Origin: Octopus bimaculoides
Lineage: Eukaryota
Length of the DNA: 63,894 bases
NCBI RefSeq assembly: GCF_001194135.2
Contig: NC_068995.1
Location: 55,438,051-55,501,944, forward strand
Direction of reading: 5' to 3'
Part shown: positions 54,256 through 63,894 of the stretch, in pieces
Numbering within the stretch: the first letter of the stretch is position 1
Layout of the letters: every line of letters starts with the position of its first letter
The notes under the pieces: model-generated
Told to the model about the DNA's origin: nothing
Seen by the model: the letters and a program-made list of their open reading frames with translations, nothing else
Databases searched by the model: none
Program-made: the position numbers and the translations under genes

Positions 54256-54274
54256 CAGACACAGACACACACCT

Positions 54275-54319
<45 letters not shown>

Positions 54320-54648
54320 ATGGTTGCAGCATAGTTCTGTCTCAACTTTTGAAAATCAGAGAAATATATGAAACTGGATACGTATTTAGAAAGAATTCCA
54401 TTGCCTTATCAACCATATTCGCTGGAAATTGTCCCATCTGTCAAGGTGCCGNNNNNNNNNNNNNNNNNNNNNNNNNNNNNNNNNNNNNNNNNNNNNNNNN
54501 NNNNNNNNNNNNNNNNNNNNNNNNNNNNNNNNNNNNNNNNNNNNNNNNNNNNNNNNNNNNNNNNNNNNNNNNNNNNNNNNNNNNNNNNNNNNNNNNNNNN
54601 NNNNNNNNNNNNNNNNNNNNNNNNNNNNNNNNNNNNNNNNNNNNNNNN

Positions 54649-54666
54649 TCCTCCTCCTCCTCCTCC

Positions 54667-54710
<44 letters not shown>

Positions 54711-54768
54711 TTCTTCTTCTTTTCCTCACTTTTCTCTTCTAATTCTTGGTTGTCTTGTTTTACTACTA

Positions 54769-54804
<36 letters not shown>

Positions 54805-54909
54805 ATAATAATAATAATAATAATAATAATACAACTACTACTACTACTACTAATGCTAGTACTATATCTCTGCTCATCCTACTATTAGTATTGGTACTAC
54901 TGCTGCCGT

Positions 54910-54948
<39 letters not shown>

Positions 54949-54950
54949 CA
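54649..54950. repeat. (CCT)/(CAT)/(CTT)/(ACT)/(AAT) compound microsatellite
   Basis: Directly visible. Confidence 0.95.
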
Positions 54951-56044
54951 CTCGGTTTTGTCGTTTTGTCTGTCGTCGTTCTTTATATTATTGATAATCG
55001 ATTAAAACCAGTTCACATCACATACGCCGCTAATGTCCTCAACACGCATAAACCTTACACAACCACGTTTCTTCACTCCATTATAAATATATGGCTGTTG
55101 TGTTTAAGAAAGAAATCAATGTAAGAGTTTGATGATGTGCAATTACATTTATCTTACGTTATGAGAGCTCGGTTTCTTGTGTGTCTATATCGATCACTGA
55201 ATTAACATGGTTAATATAGATTCTTCGTCTCTTAGAAAATTGTAGTGTTTTCTGTGAGGAGGAAAAAAATCAAACAAAAATAGAAAAGTAATGCTATTTA
55301 CTTCAGTCTTTAGAACAGTAGTTCAGTTGTAACTTTACGAAACCCTGGTCCGAGATAACTCTACGAGCTTGAGTCATTCTATTTACGTTGGTGTTATTTC
55401 TAACCACATAAATGTTGGACATAGGACAAGTGTTTTAGAACTGTTAATGAATCAATGTATTGAATATTTCTAGAATCGACTATACCTGCTTTTTCCCGCA
55501 ATCTAAGTCCCAAGCTACAGAGAAACGTGTGCACATAAGTGCTAAAAACTAGTGAACTGGCTTGCAATATTCTTCCGTTTCACGATGTTGTGGAAATACT
55601 CTATCTTTGTCATAATTGCATCTGTACTAGCGACCAAAATTCTCAAACTAATTATTGTTTAATTAAAATTTTGATGTTACGATCAAGCTCCTTGTGATTC
55701 TATAAATTTTGGTACTGAACACAGAATTTTTTAAAAAGCTTGGATGTACTGTATTAGCAGTGTAAATTAAGTTTTATTACTCAAATCAAGAATCGAAACC
55801 AGCTGAATGTTTTACCTCAGGAGAAGCTAATGTTGTTGTTTAGTTCTAGATTATCTGCGATTCAGTAAAACTTGAGGTTACAAGCATTCCAGCCATGACC
55901 ATCCAGGCGTGTTTTCAAAACAGAATTTTTTTGTTTTTGAAACCTAGGACCCATGAGACCGATTACGCCAGTTTCTCTGACCGAGATCACGACGTTCTCC
56001 CTGAACCACAGTCTCATTACAGGGTTCATGGCAAGCAAGTTTGA

Positions 56045-56175
56045 GTGGAGGGGACACATCGATTGCATCGGCAACTGCAGTTGGCTGGTACTTTATTTCA
56101 CCGTCATCGGATGAAAGGCAAAGTTGGCCACAGCAGGAGTTAAAATCAGATCGTAAAGTGCCAGAGGAAATGCCA
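56045..56175 (-). mobile_element. Old family A SINE
   Basis: Reverse complement contains CAACTTTGCCTTTCATCCG..AAATAAAGTACCAG..GATGCAATCGATGTGTCCCCTCC. Confidence 0.65.
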
Positions 56176-56784
56176 CTTCCGACGTGTAAGCCATTCCTGA
56201 AGGGTGCCCCCATTATTTACATTATCTCAGCCTTTTAAAACATTATAGTGTGATTTATGAGAAGTTTCTATGATGTTTCTAATAGGTCACTTGATCACCT
56301 AAGGATATCCAAATACGACGCTCGCTAATATCTTGCAAGCTATTTTCTAGCGTTTCTTTAAAATACTAATAATGGAATAAATAATTACTTCTTGTTATAT
56401 TACTAATTCTTAAGCCGGTGATAATCACTTCACATTTAATGGTCGATCAATTCAGAATTTACGTAATATTTCTTTCATCCTAGATTTTAGGATAAACAAT
56501 AATCGTTCTTTTCTTATACAAGCAATTTTCAGTTGGCTATTATCTCTTCAACCAATATGATCAGTTGTTTTAGAAAGAAAAAGTCCTGGCACCGTTATTA
56601 ATTTTTCTGCAGCAAATCTGATTTAATCGCGTCTGCAATCATTTCCTGTCCTGAAACCAATTATTTTCGTTTTTTTTCTCTTTCAAATAAAGGTGGTGGA
56701 ATTTTAACACCTGGTGATTCATAGAAGCACCGTCCTGGCTTATGATGTGCTTCGAGCATTCTGTTCCAGGTCTGATGTTTTACA

Positions 56785-56985
56785 CCTCACGTGTTTCAGT
56801 CATTGAACCGTGGTCATACTGAAGCACCGCCACAAAGGGACTTAATCAGAAACCCCCCCCCCACTAGTATTTTTATATTCTTAGTCGGTTAATTATTTTA
56901 TCGTCTCTTTTGCTGAGTCACTACACTACAGGGTCGTAAACAAACAACACTAGTTGTCAAACGGTACAAACACAGACAGAAACAC
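56785..56985 (-). mobile_element. Family B SINE, 3' half (diverged)
   Basis: GTGTTTCAGTCATTGAACCGTGGTCATACTGAAGCACCGCC..CTCTTTTGCTGAG..GTAAACAAACAACACTAGTTGTCAAACG. Confidence 0.75.
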
Positions 56986-57044
56986 ATACATGCATGCATA
57001 TAATATTGTATACAAGATTGATCGCTAGCCACTAAACCATTTTA

Positions 57045-57205
57045 AAATTTTCTCTCTCTGCTTATTTCTGTGTTCGTTTCTGTTGAAGAGCGTAGGCTCG
57101 AAACGTAAAAGACATTCTCACTTCCAGAGCGTTAAACAAATAGATCTGTTTGTTGTTTACACACCTGTCTTCGTCATTTTTTTTTTGTTGTAAATTCCAA
57201 CTACA
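57045..57205 (+). mobile_element. Probable Penelope-like element terminal segment carrying a hammerhead-like motif
   Basis: CTGTTGA-A-GAGC(GTAG)GCTC-GAAAC-GTA at 57080-57107 followed by T-rich downstream sequence; Penelope-like elements are known to carry minimal hammerheads in their terminal repeats. Confidence 0.5.
57077..57110 (+). ncRNA. Variant minimal type I hammerhead ribozyme motif
   Basis: Core CUGuUGA (A6 to U, plus one extra A), 4-bp stem II with tetraloop, GAAA, palindromic ACGU stem III, GUA cleavage triplet, 3-bp stem I (UUU/AAA). Confidence 0.45.
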
Positions 57206-57309
57206 TAATATTAATACTAATTAACAGGAGATGGATTCGGTATTAAATCTTTATTGGGTTCAACATATGTGTCAACTCATCACTCAGGCGCATCGAAAAA
57301 GATCTGCCT

Positions 57310-57396
57310 CACTACAGATATTTAGTCTTGGCTGACTTGTTGTTATGTGTCCCTAACTTGAAGGACGTTTAGTCAGCCGACTAAAAATCTGTAGTG
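57310..57396. repeat. 87-nt inverted repeat (26-28-bp arms, CACTA..TAGTG ends)
   Basis: CACTACAGATATTTAGTCTTGGCTGACT pairs with AGTCAGCCGACTAAAAATCTGTAGTG (one mismatch, one 2-nt bulge); 33-nt loop. Confidence 0.9.
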
Positions 57397-57418
57397 CGAC
57401 ACATCTTTATCGATGTAA

Positions 57419-57445
57419 CTGATGAGACTGATGGGTCGAAACATG
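57419..57445 (+). ncRNA. Canonical hammerhead core plus stem II; cleavage site and stem I degenerate
   Basis: CTGATGA-GAC(TGATGG)GTC-GAAAC-ATG. Confidence 0.45.
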
Positions 57446-57519
57446 AAGCGGGCGTGGCAGTGTTGGCGTTCATGGTGATCATGACGACGACTGATAACGA
57501 AGGGGCGGAGCATGAGGGT

Positions 57520-57607
57520 GGTGGTGACGGTGGTGATGGTGGTGGTGGTGGTGGTGGTGGTGCAGCTGCTGCTGCTGCTGTTGATGATGATGATGATGAT
57601 GATGATG

Positions 57608-57643
<36 letters not shown>

Positions 57644-57655
57644 TTCATCATCATA
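57520..57655. repeat. (GGT)(GCT)(GAT)(CAT) array including a spacer-less (GAT)n(CAT)n palindrome
   Basis: Directly visible. Confidence 0.95.
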
Positions 57656-58601
57656 AACGACTCGGAGTTATTTTACATAAATTTATAAGTATCCCAGATG
57701 TAAGTGTCAAAACGACCACAATGTTGTTGGCCTTTTACTGTCTTTGCTCTTTTTTTTTTGTTTCCTTTTTACTTTTGGCTCAGCAAAAATAGGAACAAAA
57801 TCCTTCTAAGTGTATGTTGGACTATCTCATCAAAATGTGTAGTTGCAATCTTTAAGATTGTAGAGTGTTTCGAAGGAAACAGTTTTTGTTACCTAAGTTT
57901 TTGTTTTTGTTTTTGTGTTTTTTTAGACCAGCCATAAGCATGAAGATGTCAGCGTATTGACTCACGTTGCTGATTTACAGTGAACAGAACATATCTTCCA
58001 AACCGATATTGCGTTATCTTTGCAATGGTGAAAGCCATGCTCATGCCTCTGTATGAAGAAGAAACTTGTGGCCGCCCATTACGAGGAAATAGTTTTTTTT
58101 CTGATTATTCATCGTTACTATACTGTAAAAAAATCTTCAACGTGCACAAAATGATGCATGTGTACATTAACGTAAGTTAAACTATATTATGTACCGAGAA
58201 AATATTTGTTGAGCCTAAATTTATGTGAAATTGTAAAGGTGGAGATGCTATTTCAAGACCTGGCAGAGATATACATAACAATCACGTGTAAAACTTAAGT
58301 TCATGCTATGCTTCACTTGAAGAACTCTCTCTATGGTAATGAGATGAATATTTGTCCGCGCATTTCCAAATAAATGTATAATTTATACATCATCTCTCTC
58401 CATTTTAGACTGGCTAATCCGGTTTTATTACGGAAATGACACAAGTACGTGATACTGAGTATCCGCAACAACAGCGAAATATGTATTTGTCACACACGCA
58501 GTCATTTCTGGGTTGATTTCATTTCGCTTAACTCTGAAGAATAGTGTGTCTTTTTTTTCGTTTTTCTTCCAAAACACTGTTTATAAAGGCATCTTTCCCA
58601 G

Positions 58602-58642
58602 ACGAAAACCTCAGCCATTGGCTCTTCAACTACACACAACGA
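58602..58642 (+). other. Candidate 41-nt internal exon
   Basis: ATCTTTCCCAG|ACGAAAAC..ACAACGA|GTAAGA; phase-1 reading (D)ENLSHWLFNYTQR is open. Confidence 0.2.
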
Positions 58643-58756
58643 GTAAGAGATATTTATATTTAGTTTCGTAATTATTCAGTCTTCGGTTGAGTGAGGTAAA
58701 CACCATCTGCAACTATGTACCAATCACTCTTCACTGCATTAACCACGAGGACATAT

Positions 58757-58935
58757 AGTTGTTGTTGTTATCGTTGCTGTTGTTGTTCTTGTTCTTCTTC
58801 TTGCCGTTGTTGTTCTTGCTGTTGTTGTTCTTGTTGCTGCTGGTATTGTTATTGTTGTTGTTGTTGTAGTTGCGTTGTTGTTGTTGACATCGTCGTTGTT
58901 GTTGTCGTTGCTGTTGTTGTTCTTGTTCTTCTTTA
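58757..58935. repeat. (GTT)n-based degenerate array
   Basis: Directly visible. Confidence 0.92.
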
Positions 58936-61118
58936 ATCCTAGATCGCCTTCATTAAAATGGTCTTTGATTAAGTATGTTCCATAGTGATCTACAAGGTAT
59001 TTCTATTAGATATCACGCATCTAGAATTCCATTATCCAAAGCAGCATCTTGTCAGAACAAGAGGCTGTATCTGAGAGAAATTTGACTGTTATTTCTAGCA
59101 AAGAAGTAACATGACTACCTAAAAGCTTTCTCGTTCATTCGTTGACGTTTAGTGCATCTAAAGAGTGACTAACGAAGTATGTCTGCTATAGTGAGTGGCA
59201 GTTCACACCTTGTGGAAATGAACAGCTGACACTTCGTTAAGATAGTTAATTAGCTATATATTCAATTATCTTGAGAATTGCTTATATGAATTGGCAATTT
59301 GCAGACAAACAGAAAAAAAATCTTTTGCAGAACTGATGCAAATCTATATACAAACCAGCCTTGTAATTAGAGCCGGAATGCTTGCGAAATCGGACGCGGG
59401 ATGCCGAGAATGTGTGTAAGATGGCGAGGAGAGTATATGTGTGACTCTGTGTGTGNNNNNNNNNNNNNNNNNNNNNNNNNNNNNNNNNNNNNNNNNNNNN
59501 NNNNNNNNNNNNNNNNNNNNNNNNNNNNNNNNNNNNNNNNNNNNNNNNNNNNNNNNNNNNNNNNNNNNNNNNNNNNNNNNNNNNNNNNNNNNNNNNNNNN
59601 NNNNNNNNNNNNNNNNNNNNNNNNNNNNNNNNNNNNNNNNNNNNNNNNNNNNNNNNNNNNNNNNNNNNNNNNNNNNNNNNNNNNNNNNNNNNNNNNNNNN
59701 NNNNNNNNNNNNNNNNNNNNNNNNNNNNNNNNNNNNNNNNNNNNNNNNNNNNNNNNNNNNNNNNNNNNNNNNNNNNNNNNNNNNNNNNNNNNNNNNNNNN
59801 NNNNNNNNNNNTCTCTCTCTCTCTCTGTTTCGGTGCTGAAATTTATTGATGTGTATCTTGCAAAAAAATATAATGGAAGACAGAATGAGACAGACATTAG
59901 ATTAAATGAGCCAGAAGTGCCAACATAAACAAGATATACAGGTGTGTGTGTCTGTGTGTGTGTCTGTGTCTGTGTGTGTGTCTGTGTTAGTGAGTGCGTG
60001 TGTGTGTGCGCGCGCCCGCTCTAAATTTGCTCTTAAGGACTCTGTATCAATACACACATTTACGAGAGACGTTTATCACTAAGCTTTTTCTACTTCGCTG
60101 CAAGACTAAGAAGCTGCTCTGTAAAGTGATGGCTACTTCCCTGAGAACTGTATTTCAAACATATTTTTAAACACACATAATCTTAAATCATTACACAAAA
60201 CACTTCTACCCGTATGGTTGAGAATTTTCAATCGCAATGTATTTTTCTCTCATTCTTCTGAATGTAACACTGCTGAAACTGAAGACATATTCTCAAGTAT
60301 GGCAGTGATGTTTCCTACAAATATACACACGCTTTCATATTCATACATCAGACTATCGCTGCATATATGCCAGTGACAGTCTAAGACGATGGAGTTAGTA
60401 GGATGTTTATTGATTTTGTGGCCCCTACCTACGCTGCCGCCGGCATCGTAATGTGTCCGTAGGGGACATAGTTAACTCCCAATTGTCTAATACACGTATC
60501 GGTAAATAGATGATGGAGGAAAATATTTCTCACTGCTATATACAGTAGCGTGCACTTGTCTCACATTGTTTTAATAACAACGATATTAATATGCGGTGAC
60601 CGTTCGTTGTTGTCAAATACAGAAAGTAATTTTGATACTGCCTGTACTCCTTCGGTTTCTTCTGTTAAGCATCATTACCATATCTACTATACTTTGTATG
60701 CCAGATGACTTTCCTGTATCATTTACGAGATGAACACCTCGTTACAGACGGACACACACATCTTTTATTCCCCCTCTCATTTTTCTTCCTCTTTCTCGCT
60801 CCCCCTCTCTCACATTTCTTGGCCTTCTTTTTCTTTAACTCCCACTATTTCCCACTTGTTTATCTCCTCTGTACCTTTCTCTTTGTCTCTGATTTATATC
60901 TAATCCTTCAATCCCGTTGCCCCCTACCCATCTCTCCTCCTTCCACATGAAGTATATCCAGCCACCCATGACCTTTCTTTCTTGGCCTGACAGCCGACCG
61001 CCAACAACTCATATGTCCATCTCTTCTGTTCCTGCCTATAGGCTTTCACTTTTCGATTCGTTCAGTCGAAAGACGCCTGTTGTTATTTCTTGTTGTTATA
61101 TATATATATATATATATA

Positions 61119-61800
61119 GGCGTAGGAGTGGCTGTGTGGTAAGTAGCTAGCTNNNNNNNNNNNNNNNNNNNNNNNNNNNNNNNNNNNNNNNNNNNNNNNN
61201 NNNNNNNNNNNNNNNNNNNNNNNNNNNNNNNNNNNNNNNNNNNNNNNNNNNNNNNNNNNNNNNNNNNNNNNNNNNNNNNNNNNNNNNNNNNNNNNNNNNN
61301 NNNNNNNNNNNNNNNNNNNNNNNNNNNNNNNNNNNNNNNNNNNNNNNNNNNNNNNNNNNNNNNNNNNNNNNNNNNNNNNNNNNNNNNNNNNNNNNNNNNN
61401 NNNNNNNNNNNNNNNNNNNNNNNNNNNNNNNNNNNNNNNNNNNNNNNNNNNNNNNNNNNNNNNNNNNNTGGGCAAGTGTTTTCTACTATAGCCTCGGGCC
61501 GACCAAAGCCTTGTGAGTGGATTTGGTAGACGGAAACTGAAAGAAGCCCGTCGTATATATGTATATATATATGTATGTGTGTGTGTATGTTTGTATGTGT
61601 GTGTTTGTCCCCCCAACATCGCTTGACAACCGATGCTGGTGTGTTTATGTCCCCGTAACATAGCGGTTCGGCAAAAGAGATCGATAGAATAAGTACTAGG
61701 CTTCTAAAGAATAAGTCCTGGGGTCGATTTGCTCGACTAAAAGGCGGTGCTCCAGCATGGCCACAGTCAAAAGACTGAAACAAGTAAAAGAGTAAAAGAG
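61119..61800 (+). mobile_element. Family B tRNA-derived CORE-like SINE, full length and well preserved (gap in head)
   Basis: Head GGCGTAGGAGTGGCTGTGTGGTAAG; TGGGCAAGTG resembles the CORE motif CCTTGGGCAAGT (octopus OR2 is a recalled CORE-SINE member); internal (TA)(TG) linker; tail ending GTAAAAGAGTAAAAGAG. Confidence 0.92.
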
Positions 61801-61809
61801 TATATATAT

Positions 61810-61980
61810 ATATATATATACATATATACGACGGGCTTCTTTCAGTTTCCGTATACCAAATCCACTCACAAGGATTTGGTCGGCCACAGGCTATATTAGA
61901 ATACATTTCTCCAAGGTGCCACGCGGTGAGAATGAACCCGAAACCATGTGGTTGGTAAGCAAGCTGCTTACCACACAGCC
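61810..61980 (-). mobile_element. Family B SINE 5' module, inverted relative to the adjacent copy
   Basis: GACGGGCTTCTTTCAGTTTCCGT..CCAAGGTGCCACGC..GAACCCGAAACCATGTGGTTGGTAAGCAAGCTGCTTACCACACAGCC. Confidence 0.92.
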
Positions 61981-61990
61981 ATGAATATAT

Positions 61991-62078
<88 letters not shown>

Positions 62079-62481
62079 GTACACACACACACGCACGCAC
62101 ATCGTAATGCGCTTGCCATTATCCCGACGTCAACAAAATCGATGAATGTCCTTAGAATCGGTTTGGTTCAATAGATAAGGTAACAAGTAGAATTAACTAC
62201 GGCGACTCCAGACACGACTGCGTTCGGCGAGATATGAAGCAAGGAGACACCAGACAATAGTCTGTTATCTTTGACCACTTAGTCTGAACGGAATCCACTG
62301 AAAGGAGAGAAAGAACTGGAAAGCAGAGAATGGTGAATGGTTATTTTATACTTCCTTACATTTCTGTGAACTTCGGTTATATCTTGAGTACATTATCGAT
62401 CGCTAATTTCGATCGAAAATATACTTTTCACTGTGTGTGTGTGTGTGTTTGTGTGTGTGTATGTGTGTGTGTGTGCGTGTG

Positions 62482-62522
<41 letters not shown>

Positions 62523-63084
62523 NNNNNNNNNNNNNNNNNNNNNNNNNNNNNNNNNNNNNNNNNNNNNNNNNNNNNNNNNNNNNNNNNNNNNNNNNNNNNN
62601 NNNNNNNNNNNNNNNNNNNNNNNNNNNNNNNNNNNNNNNNNNNNNNNNNNNNNNNNNNNNNNNNNNNNNNNNNNNNNNNNNNNNNNNNNNNNNNNNNNNN
62701 NNNNNNNNNNNNNNNNNNNNNNNNNNNNNNNNNNNNNNNNNNNNNNNNNNNNNNNNNNNNNNNNNNNNNNNNNNNNNNNNNNNNNNNNNNNNNNNNNNNN
62801 NNNNNNNNNNNNNNNNNNNNNNNNNNNNNNNNNNNNNNNNNNNNNNNNNNNNNNNNNNNNNNNNNNNNNNNNNNNNNNNNNNNNNNNNNNNNNNNNNNNN
62901 NNNNNNNNNNNNNNNNNNNNNNNNNNNNNNNNNNNNNNNNNNNNNNNNNNNNNNNNNNNNNNNNTATATATACCTGCGTTCATATAGGTCAGTTTCATAA
63001 GGGAAATAACTCTCTGACAAGTATTTATAAGTGTATACCCTGATAGTGATTATTAAGCAATTGTATTGAGCGTTGACATGACTG

Positions 63085-63230
63085 ATTTAATTTGGCTTTC
63101 TAATGAATAGGTCTTGGGTTCGATTCCACCACAACCATCTTTGAAAAAGGTCTGTCAGTCATGATCTTAAATTGATTCAAGTTCTAGGAGAGATTCCAGT
63201 TTGAGAGAAACTGCTTGGAAGCCTGTCATA
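63085..63230 (+). mobile_element. Old family B-related SINE 5' module
   Basis: B box GGTTCGATTCC at 63117; ends GAAACTGCTTGGAAGCCTGTCATA like the B linker junction. Confidence 0.5.
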
Positions 63231-63894
63231 GTGACCATACCTGTAAGTCAAAGGTTTTACGCTGTTACATGAACTTACGGCGAGTGTCTTCATGAAATAC
63301 ATGAAGCATCTACGCGACTTCGGAAACTCGACCTCTTATTTGTAAGAAGCGAGTTCAGTTTACAGACGAAACTGCAGAGATTATGGAGTCAATCTATATG
63401 ACTATTATTAGGCTTCTTCTCGCAGAGCTGTGGAAATGCTGGAGCTTTTATTTAGCTTCTGTATTCGGATTGAAATGTTATTAAGTTTCAATTGAGCTCT
63501 TCGTCTCACTGGATTACATTTAAATGCGAGGCATGAGTTAAGTTCGATTGAATTAAATATGGACCCTGAATATAAATTATTGATATTGTGTTAAATAACG
63601 TAAATGAAATTCGTATTTGTTTTGTGCTTTCTATGTGATACTAGTAAATCTGAGGATGTCTATTCCCAGTGAATATTCTCTGCGATCTACTTTCGACACA
63701 GAATGGTAGCCATTAGGAAAATTGCAGGCAATATCTTCTGTTTTATCCCCTACAGAAATGTATATATTTGATCACGCTTTCGTGAATCACTACGAGAGGA
63801 AACAGTCAAGTGAAGATTTCTATCACATTTATTTATGAGACAGAAACGCAATAAACGATTTGTGGTGCTTATTGGGATAAACACACATACACAG

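Noticed and set aside
57394-57792. 132-aa ORF with poly-G/A/D/H resembling a transcription-factor low-complexity region
   Set aside because: The homopolymers come from the (GGT)(GCT)(GAT)(CAT) array; no domain and no splice context.

Overview
AT-rich (roughly one-third GC by eye) eukaryotic, mostly non-coding DNA from a short-read draft assembly: 14 N-gaps (about 4.2 kb), most abutting microsatellites. The repeat families resemble octopus (coleoid cephalopod) repeats; this is inferred from recalled SINE sequences, not a database search. No complete protein-coding gene or recognisable host protein domain is visible, and almost all ORFs in the track are microsatellite or gap artefacts. The window is dominated by two tRNA-derived SINE families: A (GGCGGCGAGCTGGCAGAA head) and B (CORE-like, with an internal microsatellite). 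It also holds decayed mariner transposase pieces, fragments of RLE-type (R4/Dong-like) non-LTR retrotransposons next to (AAT)n arrays, a LINE-like 3' end encoding two intact C2H2 fingers, Penelope-like ends and many compound microsatellites. The most unusual signal is a set of hammerhead-ribozyme-like motifs: two cores 339 nt apart (57080, 57419) bracket a 26-bp hairpin, a retrozyme-like arrangement, with related remnants at 22763 (-) and 8946. Candidate host exons (best: a signal-peptide exon at 6020-6157) are low confidence.
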